Virus record (IMG/VR): IMGVR_UViG_3300037478_000518
Location: 1-58,033 of that record
DNA from: a virus
Taxonomy: Duplodnaviria; Caudoviricetes
DNA: 58,033 bases
Strand: one strand, 5' to 3'
Shown here: positions 33,796 to 43,623 of the stretch, in pieces
Layout of the letters: every line of letters starts with the position of its first letter
Numbering within the stretch: the stretch's first letter is position 1
Program-made: the position numbers and the translations under genes
Notes under the pieces: model-generated
Databases searched by the model: none
Seen by the model: the letters and a program-made list of their open reading frames with translations, nothing else
What the model was told of the DNA's origin: nothing

Positions 33796-35706
33796 TCACA
33801 CATTGCCAGTCAGTAACGCCGGCCCATTCTGCGGGTCGGTGGCGCTGGTCTCCTGCTGGATATGCTTGCCGGCGAGCCAGTACGCCTTGCGCGATTCTTC
33901 GACGGATGCCAGCGCGAACGCTGTCCGCTCCGTGCGCACACCGTCAAGCGCGTCCAACCATAATGCGTCATGCACCGGGTACATCCCGAGATCGACGGCG
34001 GACTTATAGCCTGATCCAAGCACGTTGTGCGTCCAGTAGGGAACGCTCTGTTTGCCGTCTGGCCACACGTTCCAGAATCGGCGAATCGCATCGACCATGG
34101 CGCCGACGTGATCCTTGATCGAGCGCCCGCGAATCTGATAATCCGGCCCGACCCACCGCGCCAACTTGCGGAACACGTGGCACTGCATGGCCGACATGAA
34201 CAGTGCGGCCGGGAAGGGCTCGGGGTTGACGGTCTTGTCCGTGCCGTCCGGACGGTTGCCGACGTAACGAACGTCGCCGTACACGAGCGGTTCACCACGC
34301 GGATCGGGCGATGGCATCAGCAATGCAGCATCCATTGCGTCAACGGCCAGCCCCGCAAGCCGGACGGCCTCATCCAGCCACGTCGGACCAACACCATTCC
34401 ACGAGACGCCAGTATACACGCCATCGATGCGCGGCCACGGGTACGGCCCGAAAGGTACGCCCATGTCGTGGGTCACGAGACAGGCTTCAATGCACTGCGC
34501 GACAACCCGACCGACGCCGTAGTTGCTCCGGATGTCACCCACCTGAGAAGTCCATGCATTGGACACAAACCATTGCGTTGCCGCGTGGACCCACTTGGCC
34601 GCGACATCGGCCGCCTCGCGTTCCGGTGTTCCTGGCGCGCGATTCTTCCACGTCCACCACAGCAATTGAATATCGACGATGTTCGTCGTCCGGTATGGCT
34701 GGATCTTCCGGTATTGTCTCGCGTCCGGCCACTTCGCGTTGGGCACAGTGAAGTAAAGCATCAGGCACTCGCGCGTTATCTCAAGAATCGCCGCGGCGTC
34801 GGGTTCGGTCTCATCGAGTGGCAGGCCCACGCGTGCGTTCCTTGCGTACACGGCACGCAGTGGCCCGTAATGCGGATCACTGCTAGACGCCGATCCGTTC
34901 ACAAACTCGTAACGGTCGTTCCTGATCGCGTCGGCAATCCACGCGAGCCCTTTGTCCACGTTCACTTCGTAGTGCGCTGGCCACTCAGGCGGGTTCGCGC
35001 TGCGTGCGACAAGCTCGCCGAGAGCGTGGATCAAGTCTGGCGGCGTAACGATGCCGGACGGCAACGGCACAGGGTCGGGCGGTGGGGGCGGTGGCTGTTG
35101 GATGACGCGAGGCGGGATGGTCTCTGTCTCACTCGCGCCCTCAGCCTCGACGGTGAATTGCGCACCCGTATCCGGATCGTCGAGCAGCAACGCGAGCTTG
35201 CCGGTACGGCCGAGATCCGTCTTCGTCGGGCGTGTCTCGATGGTGTTGCCGGACGCCCACTTCCCGCCGTGCGCCGTGAACGTGACAGCGATATCGTCCG
35301 CTTGCACGCCATCGCGAGTGACGCTGGCCCACGCATCCCACTTACCATCCGTAACACGTTGTTTCTGACCGTCCACGATGACGGCGGGCAAGTCCTGTGG
35401 CGGGTCGTCTTCCGGCGGCTCCTCGACGGGCGGCTCTTCCTCCGGGGGTTCCTCTGTCGGTGGATCTTCGGGCGGTTCCTCGGGTTCCGGGCAGTCTGGG
35501 CACGCGCTGAGTATCGCAGGCGGCGCGTCCTGTTTGCCGTTCACCTGATACGATGCGATGGTAGACGGCCTGTTTTGGTCCGCGTACCCGATCCCCAGAA
35601 ATATCGCGGCCTCCTTCAGGGGGTCATCGTCAACCTTCACGCCGTTGGCCATGATCGACCAGACCTTGTCGGACGGGTGCAGCTTGCGAATTTCAACGGT
35701 TGTCAT
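33796..35706 (-). CDS. Multidomain protein (Pro/Glu linkers, Ig-like, helical C-domain)
   Basis: EEPP repeats, poly-Pro linker, aromatic-rich 400-aa C-terminal domain; AGGAGG RBS. Confidence 0.75.
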   Translation of the reverse strand: MTTVEIRKLHPSDKVWSIMANGVKVDDDPLKEAAIFLGIGYADQNRPSTIASYQVNGKQDAPPAILSACPDCPEPEEPPEDPPTEEPPEEEPPVEEPPEDDPPQDLPAVIVDGQKQRVTDGKWDAWASVTRDGVQADDIAVTFTAHGGKWASGNTIETRPTKTDLGRTGKLALLLDDPDTGAQFTVEAEGASETETIPPRVIQQPPPPPPDPVPLPSGIVTPPDLIHALGELVARSANPPEWPAHYEVNVDKGLAWIADAIRNDRYEFVNGSASSSDPHYGPLRAVYARNARVGLPLDETEPDAAAILEITRECLMLYFTVPNAKWPDARQYRKIQPYRTTNIVDIQLLWWTWKNRAPGTPEREAADVAAKWVHAATQWFVSNAWTSQVGDIRSNYGVGRVVAQCIEACLVTHDMGVPFGPYPWPRIDGVYTGVSWNGVGPTWLDEAVRLAGLAVDAMDAALLMPSPDPRGEPLVYGDVRYVGNRPDGTDKTVNPEPFPAALFMSAMQCHVFRKLARWVGPDYQIRGRSIKDHVGAMVDAIRRFWNVWPDGKQSVPYWTHNVLGSGYKSAVDLGMYPVHDALWLDALDGVRTERTAFALASVEESRKAYWLAGKHIQQETSATDPQNGPALLTGNV

Positions 35707-35858
35707 CGCTTACCTCCTGAATTGTCCTTCTTGGCCGGTACCGGCCGCTCGTTTGCCTTGCGCTCTAGGAACGCCTGCACGCGCGGTGGCAACTTTACCC
35801 CATGCTTTTCCGCCGCATCCCGGATCAGCGCCGCGCGCTTCGAACATCCACAACCCAT
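35703..35858 (-). CDS. Small basic MGCGC protein
   Basis: MGCGCSKR..; GAGGA RBS; ATGA coupling. Confidence 0.55.
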   Translation of the reverse strand: MGCGCSKRAALIRDAAEKHGVKLPPRVQAFLERKANERPVPAKKDNSGGKR

Positions 35859-35865
35859 CAAGTCC

Positions 35866-37635
35866 TCATGCGTAGTAGTCACCGCGCGATGCCTGGTGCA
35901 GTTGCGCGAGCGTGCCGGTGTCGAACAGCGCGATCGTGTAGACGTTGCGCCGCCATGTGTCGGTCGGATCGCCAACGAATACCTCGACGCGGATGCTCCC
36001 CTGGCCTAGCCCCGTCGGCGAATTGGTGGCCACGTCCGTCGGGTCGATACCCGTCGCGATCGAGCCGTCGATCGTACTTGTGATGTCGGCCGTGAATCGT
36101 CCAGCCGTTGCCGTCTGGATCACGCTGTTGTAGGTCCAGTAGAAATACTCGTAATCCTTTCCATCGCCGTCCGGGTCGATCAGCAGAACGACCGTGACCT
36201 CATCGAGCCCACCGCCGTCCGATCCGGTCTCCGCGATGCCTTCCGAGAGTTGCGGCACGATGATCGTGCGCGGCCGGAGGCGGCTGGTCAGTTTGTGTGA
36301 CTGGTTGACGATGCGGTTCGACAACTCGAACTCGCTGTCACGGGCACCGAGCCGGGCAAGATTCCGATCCACGTTCACCACACGCTGATCTTCGTCGATC
36401 CCGAACGGCGGATGCTGGACCTTGACGATCTGTCCGTACTCGACCCGGTCCTGCGCCCACACGCTGGGGTCACGGCGGTAAAGGTCGATCGGCTTGACGC
36501 TGATCCGTTGCTGTGGCACGCCGCGCGATTCCTCGAAACCGTCATCGAGCGCATCGTTCGCTGAGTGCCACAGCGCATTGGAGCCCCGGAAATCGTAGAT
36601 CGTCTCGACATTGTACGGCCACTGGATCAGTTGACCCGCGTCGAGGATGAAGATCGCGTCAGGGGGATCGTCATCGAGCTCACGGATAATGCGAATACGA
36701 ATGCGCTTGGCCATGCCCTGTTCGGTGGAGAAACAGTTGATGCCGCCTATACCAATCAGGATGGGTTTACGTTGAGTGCGGATAAAGTTGTTGCGAACGC
36801 CCGGTCCACCCTGCTCGGAAATAGGCAGCGTCGGATCAGGCACGATGATCGTCGAAGATCCGTCTCCGACTAAGTCGAGTTCCATTTCGAATCGAACCGA
36901 CCCGTAGAGCACTGTGACCACAGCCTGGGCACTGAAATATGGATTCGCGAAGGTTGGATAGACGTTCACCCACTCCGATTGAATACCGAACTCGAATGCT
37001 GCGACGGCCTGCACCCATGCTGCGCTACCGCCATACTGTGAGTTGTCGTCACCCACCATGTGTTGCGAGTTCAGCACGAAGAATGGCGCGCCAACACCGC
37101 CCCAGCGCAACGGAAAACCAGTAGAATCATCCCATTCGACGATGTAGGGGTCCTTGATGAGATTGTCGATTGGCGGAATGTCAGGCCGCTCGATTCGCGC
37201 CTCGACCAGTCCGTATGACGCGATACTCGCCGGCCGGTCGAGATACGTAAGCTCGCCGCTCGTGCCGAGACACACGCGGTTGACGCGGAATTGTACGAAG
37301 TCGCCGACCTCGAGCGTGTCGGGATTGTCATCCAGCGTTACGGTCTGGTTGGCGAGACCGGTATCAATGACCAGCCATTCCGCATTCGTCCCGTAGCGCC
37401 GGCAGAACAGTCCGTTAAGCTGGTCATCGAACCGGATCGGATCGCCGATCACGTCCGGCAGCAGCGTCACAATGTTGCCCGTGATCGCGCCGACTTCCCA
37501 GATCGCGCCCGCCATCGTCTTGTGGATGCCGTCCGTCGCCGCGCCCTGCGGGAAGATGCGATTCGCGAACTCACGCGCATCGACATCGACCGTCAGGGCC
37601 GAAAGATTCTTGCGGTAACGGAGGATTGCGGGCAT
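35866..37635 (-). CDS. Tal/baseplate hub, C-terminal half (Prophage_tail-like)
   Basis: Starts LRYRKNL..DVD..FANRIFPQG; SIASYG; G..V.V.HPPFGID...RVV. Confidence 0.7.
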   Translation of the reverse strand: MPAILRYRKNLSALTVDVDAREFANRIFPQGAATDGIHKTMAGAIWEVGAITGNIVTLLPDVIGDPIRFDDQLNGLFCRRYGTNAEWLVIDTGLANQTVTLDDNPDTLEVGDFVQFRVNRVCLGTSGELTYLDRPASIASYGLVEARIERPDIPPIDNLIKDPYIVEWDDSTGFPLRWGGVGAPFFVLNSQHMVGDDNSQYGGSAAWVQAVAAFEFGIQSEWVNVYPTFANPYFSAQAVVTVLYGSVRFEMELDLVGDGSSTIIVPDPTLPISEQGGPGVRNNFIRTQRKPILIGIGGINCFSTEQGMAKRIRIRIIRELDDDPPDAIFILDAGQLIQWPYNVETIYDFRGSNALWHSANDALDDGFEESRGVPQQRISVKPIDLYRRDPSVWAQDRVEYGQIVKVQHPPFGIDEDQRVVNVDRNLARLGARDSEFELSNRIVNQSHKLTSRLRPRTIIVPQLSEGIAETGSDGGGLDEVTVVLLIDPDGDGKDYEYFYWTYNSVIQTATAGRFTADITSTIDGSIATGIDPTDVATNSPTGLGQGSIRVEVFVGDPTDTWRRNVYTIALFDTGTLAQLHQASRGDYYA

Positions 37636-37641
37636 CGTCGG

Positions 37642-38424
37642 TTACGCGTAGACCGGGGCTTCGTACTCAGGCCCGTAACGCTTCGCGAACAACTGCCACG
37701 CACCGAGGGACCGGTTAGCGGCAGTAACGGTTCGGTACTTTGCTCGAAGCCTTAACACCCCAGCGACGATACGATTCGCTGGCGCGAGACGTAACATCTC
37801 CCCGGACGAACCGGACCTTGTCGCTTGACCACAGACCCAGCCTTCGAACCCATCGCCTGATCCGAGCGTGGGCGTGGTCTCTATGCTCATGGCGTACGCA
37901 CCGTTGCCGGACGCATCATCCGGGTCGGCCCAGGCGTCGAATAGCGCCCAGACGTTTTCGTTCTGGCAGCGCCAGTTGGCAAGTACTCCTATTACATCTC
38001 CGGCATAACACGGCAACAAGATGTCGGCCGTGTTGGGCATGTTGGCCCAGTTCGTACTGTTGATCGTGCCGCCCGCCCCTCCCGCAGTGTACAGCGGCCC
38101 GGCCAGGACAAGGTCACGCAACGTCGATCCATGGTGCGCCGTCACTCCCGCGCTCACCGCGTACGGTGTTACCAGATTCTCCGCTGCTGCGCCGACTGTC
38201 GCTGTTGTGGATGATGCGGTGTGCGCGGTGATGTAGCGGAGATAGGGACGGTTGCCACCCGCACCGCCGCGGTTGATCCAGACGGCCAGATGGTTCGTCG
38301 CGTCGATGACCGGATAATCCGCAAGCTCGGCCGCCGCGATCGTGCTGTCGCTGCCCGGATCATAGTCCGCTGTCAGCGTCAGAATCGGAAGCTGAAAGTC
38401 CCGCACGCGAAGTTCGTTTGCCAT
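37642..38424 (-). CDS. Minor tail protein
   Basis: Beta-rich, TINSTNWANM fibre-tip-like segment; GGAG RBS. Confidence 0.65.
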   Translation of the reverse strand: MANELRVRDFQLPILTLTADYDPGSDSTIAAAELADYPVIDATNHLAVWINRGGAGGNRPYLRYITAHTASSTTATVGAAAENLVTPYAVSAGVTAHHGSTLRDLVLAGPLYTAGGAGGTINSTNWANMPNTADILLPCYAGDVIGVLANWRCQNENVWALFDAWADPDDASGNGAYAMSIETTPTLGSGDGFEGWVCGQATRSGSSGEMLRLAPANRIVAGVLRLRAKYRTVTAANRSLGAWQLFAKRYGPEYEAPVYA

Positions 38425-38427
38425 GTC

Positions 38428-41400
38428 TCAGTCTCCGTAGATCGAGCCGTACGCATCGCCCGGCAGGTACGCGACTTCATCTTCCGGCGGAGCCGCCGGT
38501 TCGTCCACCGTTACCGGAACCGTCACGCTATCCGTCAAACCGCTGTTGTCCGTCACGGTAAGAATCGCATCGAAGTCGCCCGCCATCCCGTAGTCGTGCA
38601 CGTAAGGAGATGTGCCGATCACAACAACGCCCGACCCGTCGCCCGGATCGAGCGTGTAAATCAGAATCACACCATCCGCATCGCTGGATCCGGACGCATC
38701 GAACACGACGACATAATCGCCGATCGAGAAATCCTGCTCCCATGCGAGAACCGCGACCGGCGCAATGTTCCCGGCGCCGATCGAGTGCACGTAGTTCAGC
38801 GCATACAGGCCGTTGCACACACGGCGCACGCTCGATTCCAGTCCATACTCGTCGGACAGTTTCCGCCGACCGGCGCCGCAGTTATCCCACTCGAAATCGA
38901 CGTCGCCCCGCGTCGTGGTGTCCAGAATTGTACCGGTGATGAAGTAGCCCGGCGCGTAGGACAGAAGGTGCGTCACCTGTTCGGGCAGCGTCTTGCCGTA
39001 CATCCCGAAGTTGAGCAGCGTATCGCCGCTACGCTCGGTGCGCCGGATGATCCGCGTATTCAGGTCGTACGCGATGGACTCGCATTGCAGGCTGATGACC
39101 TGGCCTTCATCGTCCCGGTGCTGCGTGCTGATCCGGGCAATGCGGACTTCCTCCCACGTCAGATCCTCGTACACGACGCGGAGCACCTTTCGCACGAGCA
39201 ACGCCTCGGCCACGCCGTTGTGCTCGTTCCGGGCCGACACACGCGGCACGGTGAACGCCATCGTTTCTTCGCCGCCGACTTCGCGATGGTCCGGGATCTC
39301 CGGCGTAAACTCCGGGATGAACAGTTCCCGCTCGCCAGCGTTCCCCATGATGTCGGTCCAGAGTTCCAGCCGCCGGACCGTCGTGATATTGATGATCTCC
39401 TCGGGGCACGGCGGCGTCACGATGATGATGCAGATTTCGTAAGGCGTTTCGAGACAGCCATCGCTCGCGAACACCTGAATGATCACGTTTCGCGCGCCGC
39501 CAATGCCCGTCAGGTCGACATCGTAGTCCGTGTCCGGCAGGATCGTTCCGAGCGCGAACAGTGGCAGGTACGTATCCCCGCCATCGATCGAGATGCGGGC
39601 GCCGTACTCGATCGGATCGCCGTCGGGAACGATGGACGGATTGAACCGCAGCACGGTTGTTCCGCCGCTGATCGTTTCGCCGTCGAGCGGTGTCACAATG
39701 ACCGGCGCCGATGGCGGTTCGTTGTCCGGGATCACGAACGCCACGGACTCGCTGACCAGTGTCGAGGAGTCCGCGTATGTCAATGTCACTCGCGCGATGT
39801 AGTCGCCGGGCAGGAGTTGCGCGGTGTAGGCCGTGATCGTGTCCGTGATGACCAACAGCGGCGTGATGGGAGCCGCGAAGCCGGTGTCGTAGGCGTCGGC
39901 AATCTCCCACAACGCCGCGACTATGCTCGACGTATCGAAGAACAAAGGCAGTGTCAGGAACACGACATCGCAGACCACGACGGCCTCGGGCGTCACGTCG
40001 TCGGGTATCTCGAACGGGACTTCGTCGCACTCGTCCGCTGTGATCTGGTCGATTGCCAGGCTCCAGAACTCGCGGAATCCTACATCGCCCGCGAGCGAGT
40101 TAGGCGTATGCTGCGAGACGAAGCCGGCATAACCGCAGTCCAGCACGACCGGGTTGTTCGCGTTGTCTTCCAGGTCAATCGTCTCGTTGATCTCGGCCAT
40201 GAAACCAGCCGGACCAAAGACACGCGCAAGTATCGCTAGACGGTTAGGTGTGCCGATCCGATCCGGCTTCGTGACGTGCAGAAGCACGTAATAAAGCACG
40301 TCTCTCCGGGCACAGAGCGGCGCAATACCCACCAATGCGCGCCAACTCGCGACGACAAGCGGAACTGGCTCTGATTCTTCCTGCGTGACGCCATCGGGCT
40401 CGGCGACGATCACGACCTCGAACGCGCTGTCGAGTGAGAGGCCGACCTGACTGCACTGGAAGTATGACAGCGCTTGCGACGACTGGCCGGTGCTGACATA
40501 TGCCGCGATGCCAACCTGATCCCCGCCTGCCTTCGTACCGCCGAGCAATGCGCCGATGCCGCCCTTGGAGTGTTCGAAGGCGTGCATTCGCGAGCCCTGG
40601 TTTCCCGCGCCGTCCGTCGCAAGGCTCACGGTCCCGGTAACGATTACCTCGTCCGCGATGGCGTCTGGCGAGAGCGATGGCGGAACCAGTGCGGCCAGAT
40701 CGTGCCCACCGATCGCGCCGTATGTGCCACCGCTCGCGAGCCACTGCGCACTTGTGTCCCAGAGCGCACCCTGCGAGTTCGGCGGACCGACTGTGTTTCC
40801 AACGGCAGGGAACCAGTGTGTCGTTGAACCGATGCGGAATCCCGGATGCTCGACTTGCGACCCGTCCGACAGCGTGAATCGGAGCGAGTAGAAACCGGCG
40901 CCAATCGCGTCCGCGTCAAACGTCGATCCGCTCGTGAGCCCTGATGTCGTGAGCGTTGCCCACGTCCAGCCGGAGCGCGGACCGAGCGCCGTCGCGATCT
41001 CGATCAGAGTAACGGTGCGGCCGGGGACGGTATCGCTCCAGACGAGCGGGACGGTTGTGCCCGTGACCGGCTCACCGAACGCGGGCGATGTAACGATAAA
41101 CGACGGCGGCGATGCGGTTGCGGGTGTCGATCCGGTCGCCAGTGTCGTGAACGGAATCGTCGGCGTGTACGGTTGCCAGCCTGCCGCGGTGCGCACCCTT
41201 GCGCGTACGATGTAATTGGTCAGTTGAGCGCCGCCGGTCCAAACGTTCACGAAGCGACTTGCGCTCGCGTCTGTCGCGTCGAGAATCGGCGACGCGAACG
41301 ATGTGTCCGCGGCGGCCGAGACCTGGATCTGCGTTTCCAGGAATGTGGTGTTGTTCTCGATGGAGAGTGTCGCGCCGACGTCCGTAATCGCCTGCACGCG

Positions 41401-42837
41401 GAGCACGGCATCGCCACTGCCATCCGAAACGGCGAGCGTGTACTTGCGGATGACGCTGGATGAGCCATTCCAGTACATCACCCGCATTTCGGCCTGCGTC
41501 CAGTCGATTCCCTCGCCGGCGGCGGTCGGCGTGTAGCGGCGGAATATGGGGCGAAGCGTCAGGGCGACGGGATCAAGGAGTGCGACCAACCCACTCGTAT
41601 CCGCATCGTTCCCGAACGAGACCCAGTAGACACCGTTTCGGTAGGTCAGGCCCTGCACTTCCGTCGATGTTACCGGCGAGTCAACCAAAATGCGATCGAC
41701 GTACGTCAGCGTTGTCAGGTCCCAGCGGTCAATCCCTAGTTCCGTGACGCCCGCGACCAGCCCGGCTATGTAGTTGTTATCCGTGTCGATCGCGTAGCCA
41801 ACAGCGGCAAAAGCACCCTGCGCATCCGTGTCCTGCTCGGCCACGCGGGCCAGTGTGTCGGCATCGTAAACGCCGATGTAACTGGTCGCGCCGATGTCGG
41901 GGAAGTTGACGAGCGGTGTGTAAAGCAGACCGTTGTGATATGCTCCGTCACCGACGTGGTTGGGTGCGTTGGTCAGTCCCGAAAACGGGCTGCTGTTGAT
42001 CGTTAACTGCGTTAGCGCGCCGTCGCGACGGCGAATGGCCCCGGTATCGAACGTGTACTCGATTGTGCCATCGGTGGCGATGCCCTGATGGTCCACGATC
42101 GTGCCGAGTTCGGCCGTCTGCGTGACGCTGTACAGATTGTAGAACGCCAGAAGCTCGGCCTGCGTGTCCGCTATCTCCTGGTCTGTCGCGTCAACGAAAA
42201 TGATGATCTGCCCGAGATGGCCCTTCCATTGCGACGAGCCGAACCCGTGCCCGCCGACACGCATATTCGGGCCGTCTGCGCCAATGGTCGCGGGCGGGCT
42301 TGGTGATCCGCTGTTATCTAGAACGCCATTGATGCTGATGAGCTGATCGCCCAGTGCCCCGTCGTAGTGTCCTTCGATGAGCATGGGCATGAGAGGCGCC
42401 CAGAACTTATCGCCCTCCTGCCCGACGATGGTTGTGCTATTCGTGGACACGAAGAAAGACGGGCGGCGGGTCGGGGTGGCAATGTGCAGATTCCATCCGC
42501 GATCGCCAGAAGCGTCTCGTGCGATGATCCCGTGCGATGATCCCGAGGCGATATCGTAGTCCGCTTCCGCGATCGCGAAAATCGTTATCCGGGATTGGCC
42601 GGTGAAGTCACCGACGCCAGCCGCGGCCTCAAAAAACTGGTTGGCGCCGCCGGGGAAGTAGATGGTGGGCTTGCCGTTGAGACCGATCGTTCCCGCCGGG
42701 ACGAGGACCGGGCCGGCCGCCACAGCCGGCGCATCGAAACCGTTCGGGCCGGAGTCGATGAGGATGTCGTTGTCCTCGTCGAAATCCGCCGGGTCGTAGG
42801 CGAGGTAGAGATTGGGAGACGAGAGCCAGATCGGCAC
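38428..42837 (-). CDS. Giant tail protein: LamG, propeller-like, FN3/Ig domains, Tal N-half, PKD
   Basis: NGKPTIYF..WKGHLGQIIIF (LamG); Tal-like segment near residues 1160-1370; FDASGSSDADG..LTVTDNSG (PKD). Confidence 0.8.
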   Translation of the reverse strand: MPIWLSSPNLYLAYDPADFDEDNDILIDSGPNGFDAPAVAAGPVLVPAGTIGLNGKPTIYFPGGANQFFEAAAGVGDFTGQSRITIFAIAEADYDIASGSSHGIIARDASGDRGWNLHIATPTRRPSFFVSTNSTTIVGQEGDKFWAPLMPMLIEGHYDGALGDQLISINGVLDNSGSPSPPATIGADGPNMRVGGHGFGSSQWKGHLGQIIIFVDATDQEIADTQAELLAFYNLYSVTQTAELGTIVDHQGIATDGTIEYTFDTGAIRRRDGALTQLTINSSPFSGLTNAPNHVGDGAYHNGLLYTPLVNFPDIGATSYIGVYDADTLARVAEQDTDAQGAFAAVGYAIDTDNNYIAGLVAGVTELGIDRWDLTTLTYVDRILVDSPVTSTEVQGLTYRNGVYWVSFGNDADTSGLVALLDPVALTLRPIFRRYTPTAAGEGIDWTQAEMRVMYWNGSSSVIRKYTLAVSDGSGDAVLRVQAITDVGATLSIENNTTFLETQIQVSAAADTSFASPILDATDASASRFVNVWTGGAQLTNYIVRARVRTAAGWQPYTPTIPFTTLATGSTPATASPPSFIVTSPAFGEPVTGTTVPLVWSDTVPGRTVTLIEIATALGPRSGWTWATLTTSGLTSGSTFDADAIGAGFYSLRFTLSDGSQVEHPGFRIGSTTHWFPAVGNTVGPPNSQGALWDTSAQWLASGGTYGAIGGHDLAALVPPSLSPDAIADEVIVTGTVSLATDGAGNQGSRMHAFEHSKGGIGALLGGTKAGGDQVGIAAYVSTGQSSQALSYFQCSQVGLSLDSAFEVVIVAEPDGVTQEESEPVPLVVASWRALVGIAPLCARRDVLYYVLLHVTKPDRIGTPNRLAILARVFGPAGFMAEINETIDLEDNANNPVVLDCGYAGFVSQHTPNSLAGDVGFREFWSLAIDQITADECDEVPFEIPDDVTPEAVVVCDVVFLTLPLFFDTSSIVAALWEIADAYDTGFAAPITPLLVITDTITAYTAQLLPGDYIARVTLTYADSSTLVSESVAFVIPDNEPPSAPVIVTPLDGETISGGTTVLRFNPSIVPDGDPIEYGARISIDGGDTYLPLFALGTILPDTDYDVDLTGIGGARNVIIQVFASDGCLETPYEICIIIVTPPCPEEIINITTVRRLELWTDIMGNAGERELFIPEFTPEIPDHREVGGEETMAFTVPRVSARNEHNGVAEALLVRKVLRVVYEDLTWEEVRIARISTQHRDDEGQVISLQCESIAYDLNTRIIRRTERSGDTLLNFGMYGKTLPEQVTHLLSYAPGYFITGTILDTTTRGDVDFEWDNCGAGRRKLSDEYGLESSVRRVCNGLYALNYVHSIGAGNIAPVAVLAWEQDFSIGDYVVVFDASGSSDADGVILIYTLDPGDGSGVVVIGTSPYVHDYGMAGDFDAILTVTDNSGLTDSVTVPVTVDEPAAPPEDEVAYLPGDAYGSIYGD

Positions 42838-43623
42838 TCAGCCCCGCTTCTTGACGTAAGTCGCGATCGCGCTTGCGGGACTGCCGGTCACGGCAAGCGA
42901 TGGCGGCGTGCTGCTGGGCGAGGACGTCGAGTAGTGGAGCGGGTCCAGCCAGGGAAAGTCGCCGGTGATGGCAATGTCGTTGTCAACCACGCCGTCGATC
43001 GATAGTTGGATGTTGTTGCAGTCGATCTCCAGCGTCTCGCCCGCGCCGACGGTGACGATGAGACTGAGCCGGACAATCTCCGCACCGCTGCCGCTCGTCA
43101 GGATGATCTCGGGATTCGTGACCGGGCCGACGATTTCGATGAACGGGAACGACGGGATATTGTCGGTCGGGCAAGCGGTCGCGCCCGCAGTGAAATCGAT
43201 GACGGTATTGCTGGTCGCGTGCGCGACGGCATCGAGAAGCTGGAACGTCCACGTCAGGTGTGTGAATTTCTGCGTCTCGGCCGGCGCCATCGGCGGGATC
43301 GGTCCGCGCACCAGAACAGCGGTCCACGCCCAGCCGGGATCGGTCGAAAGCCCGATCTCGACTTCGCGGCGCATGCACCGCCATTTGAGTTCCGCGAGAT
43401 TCGTCAGCAGCGTCGCATGATCGACGGCGCGGCCGTAACCGATCCAGTCAATGAACCGGTCCCGGCCCTGTCCTTGGCCGATCCGCGACAGATGGACCGC
43501 ACCGTCCCGCCCGCTGATGCGCGTGACCGGGTAGTCGAATTCCATCGCAGACCGGATGTTTGGCCAGTCGCTCGTTACGAAACCGATCGTCGTCGTGTCG
43601 AGGCCGTCGATAAGCGCGCTCAC
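42838..43623 (-). CDS. Distal tail protein (Dit)
   Basis: ISGRDG, GPVTNP.I, LEID, GDFP.L.P; follows TMP. Confidence 0.8.
   Translation of the reverse strand: MSALIDGLDTTTIGFVTSDWPNIRSAMEFDYPVTRISGRDGAVHLSRIGQGQGRDRFIDWIGYGRAVDHATLLTNLAELKWRCMRREVEIGLSTDPGWAWTAVLVRGPIPPMAPAETQKFTHLTWTFQLLDAVAHATSNTVIDFTAGATACPTDNIPSFPFIEIVGPVTNPEIILTSGSGAEIVRLSLIVTVGAGETLEIDCNNIQLSIDGVVDNDIAITGDFPWLDPLHYSTSSPSSTPPSLAVTGSPASAIATYVKKRG

Noticed and set aside
34027-36009. 660-aa plus-strand ORF
   Set aside because: Antisense shadow of the 636-aa gene.
38221-40239. 672-aa plus-strand ORF
   Set aside because: Antisense shadow of tail genes.
35866-43623. Genome-wide stop-codon reassignment
   Set aside because: The in-frame stops differ (TGA, TGA, TAA), and TGA ends most conserved genes with ATGA overlaps, so the standard code applies.
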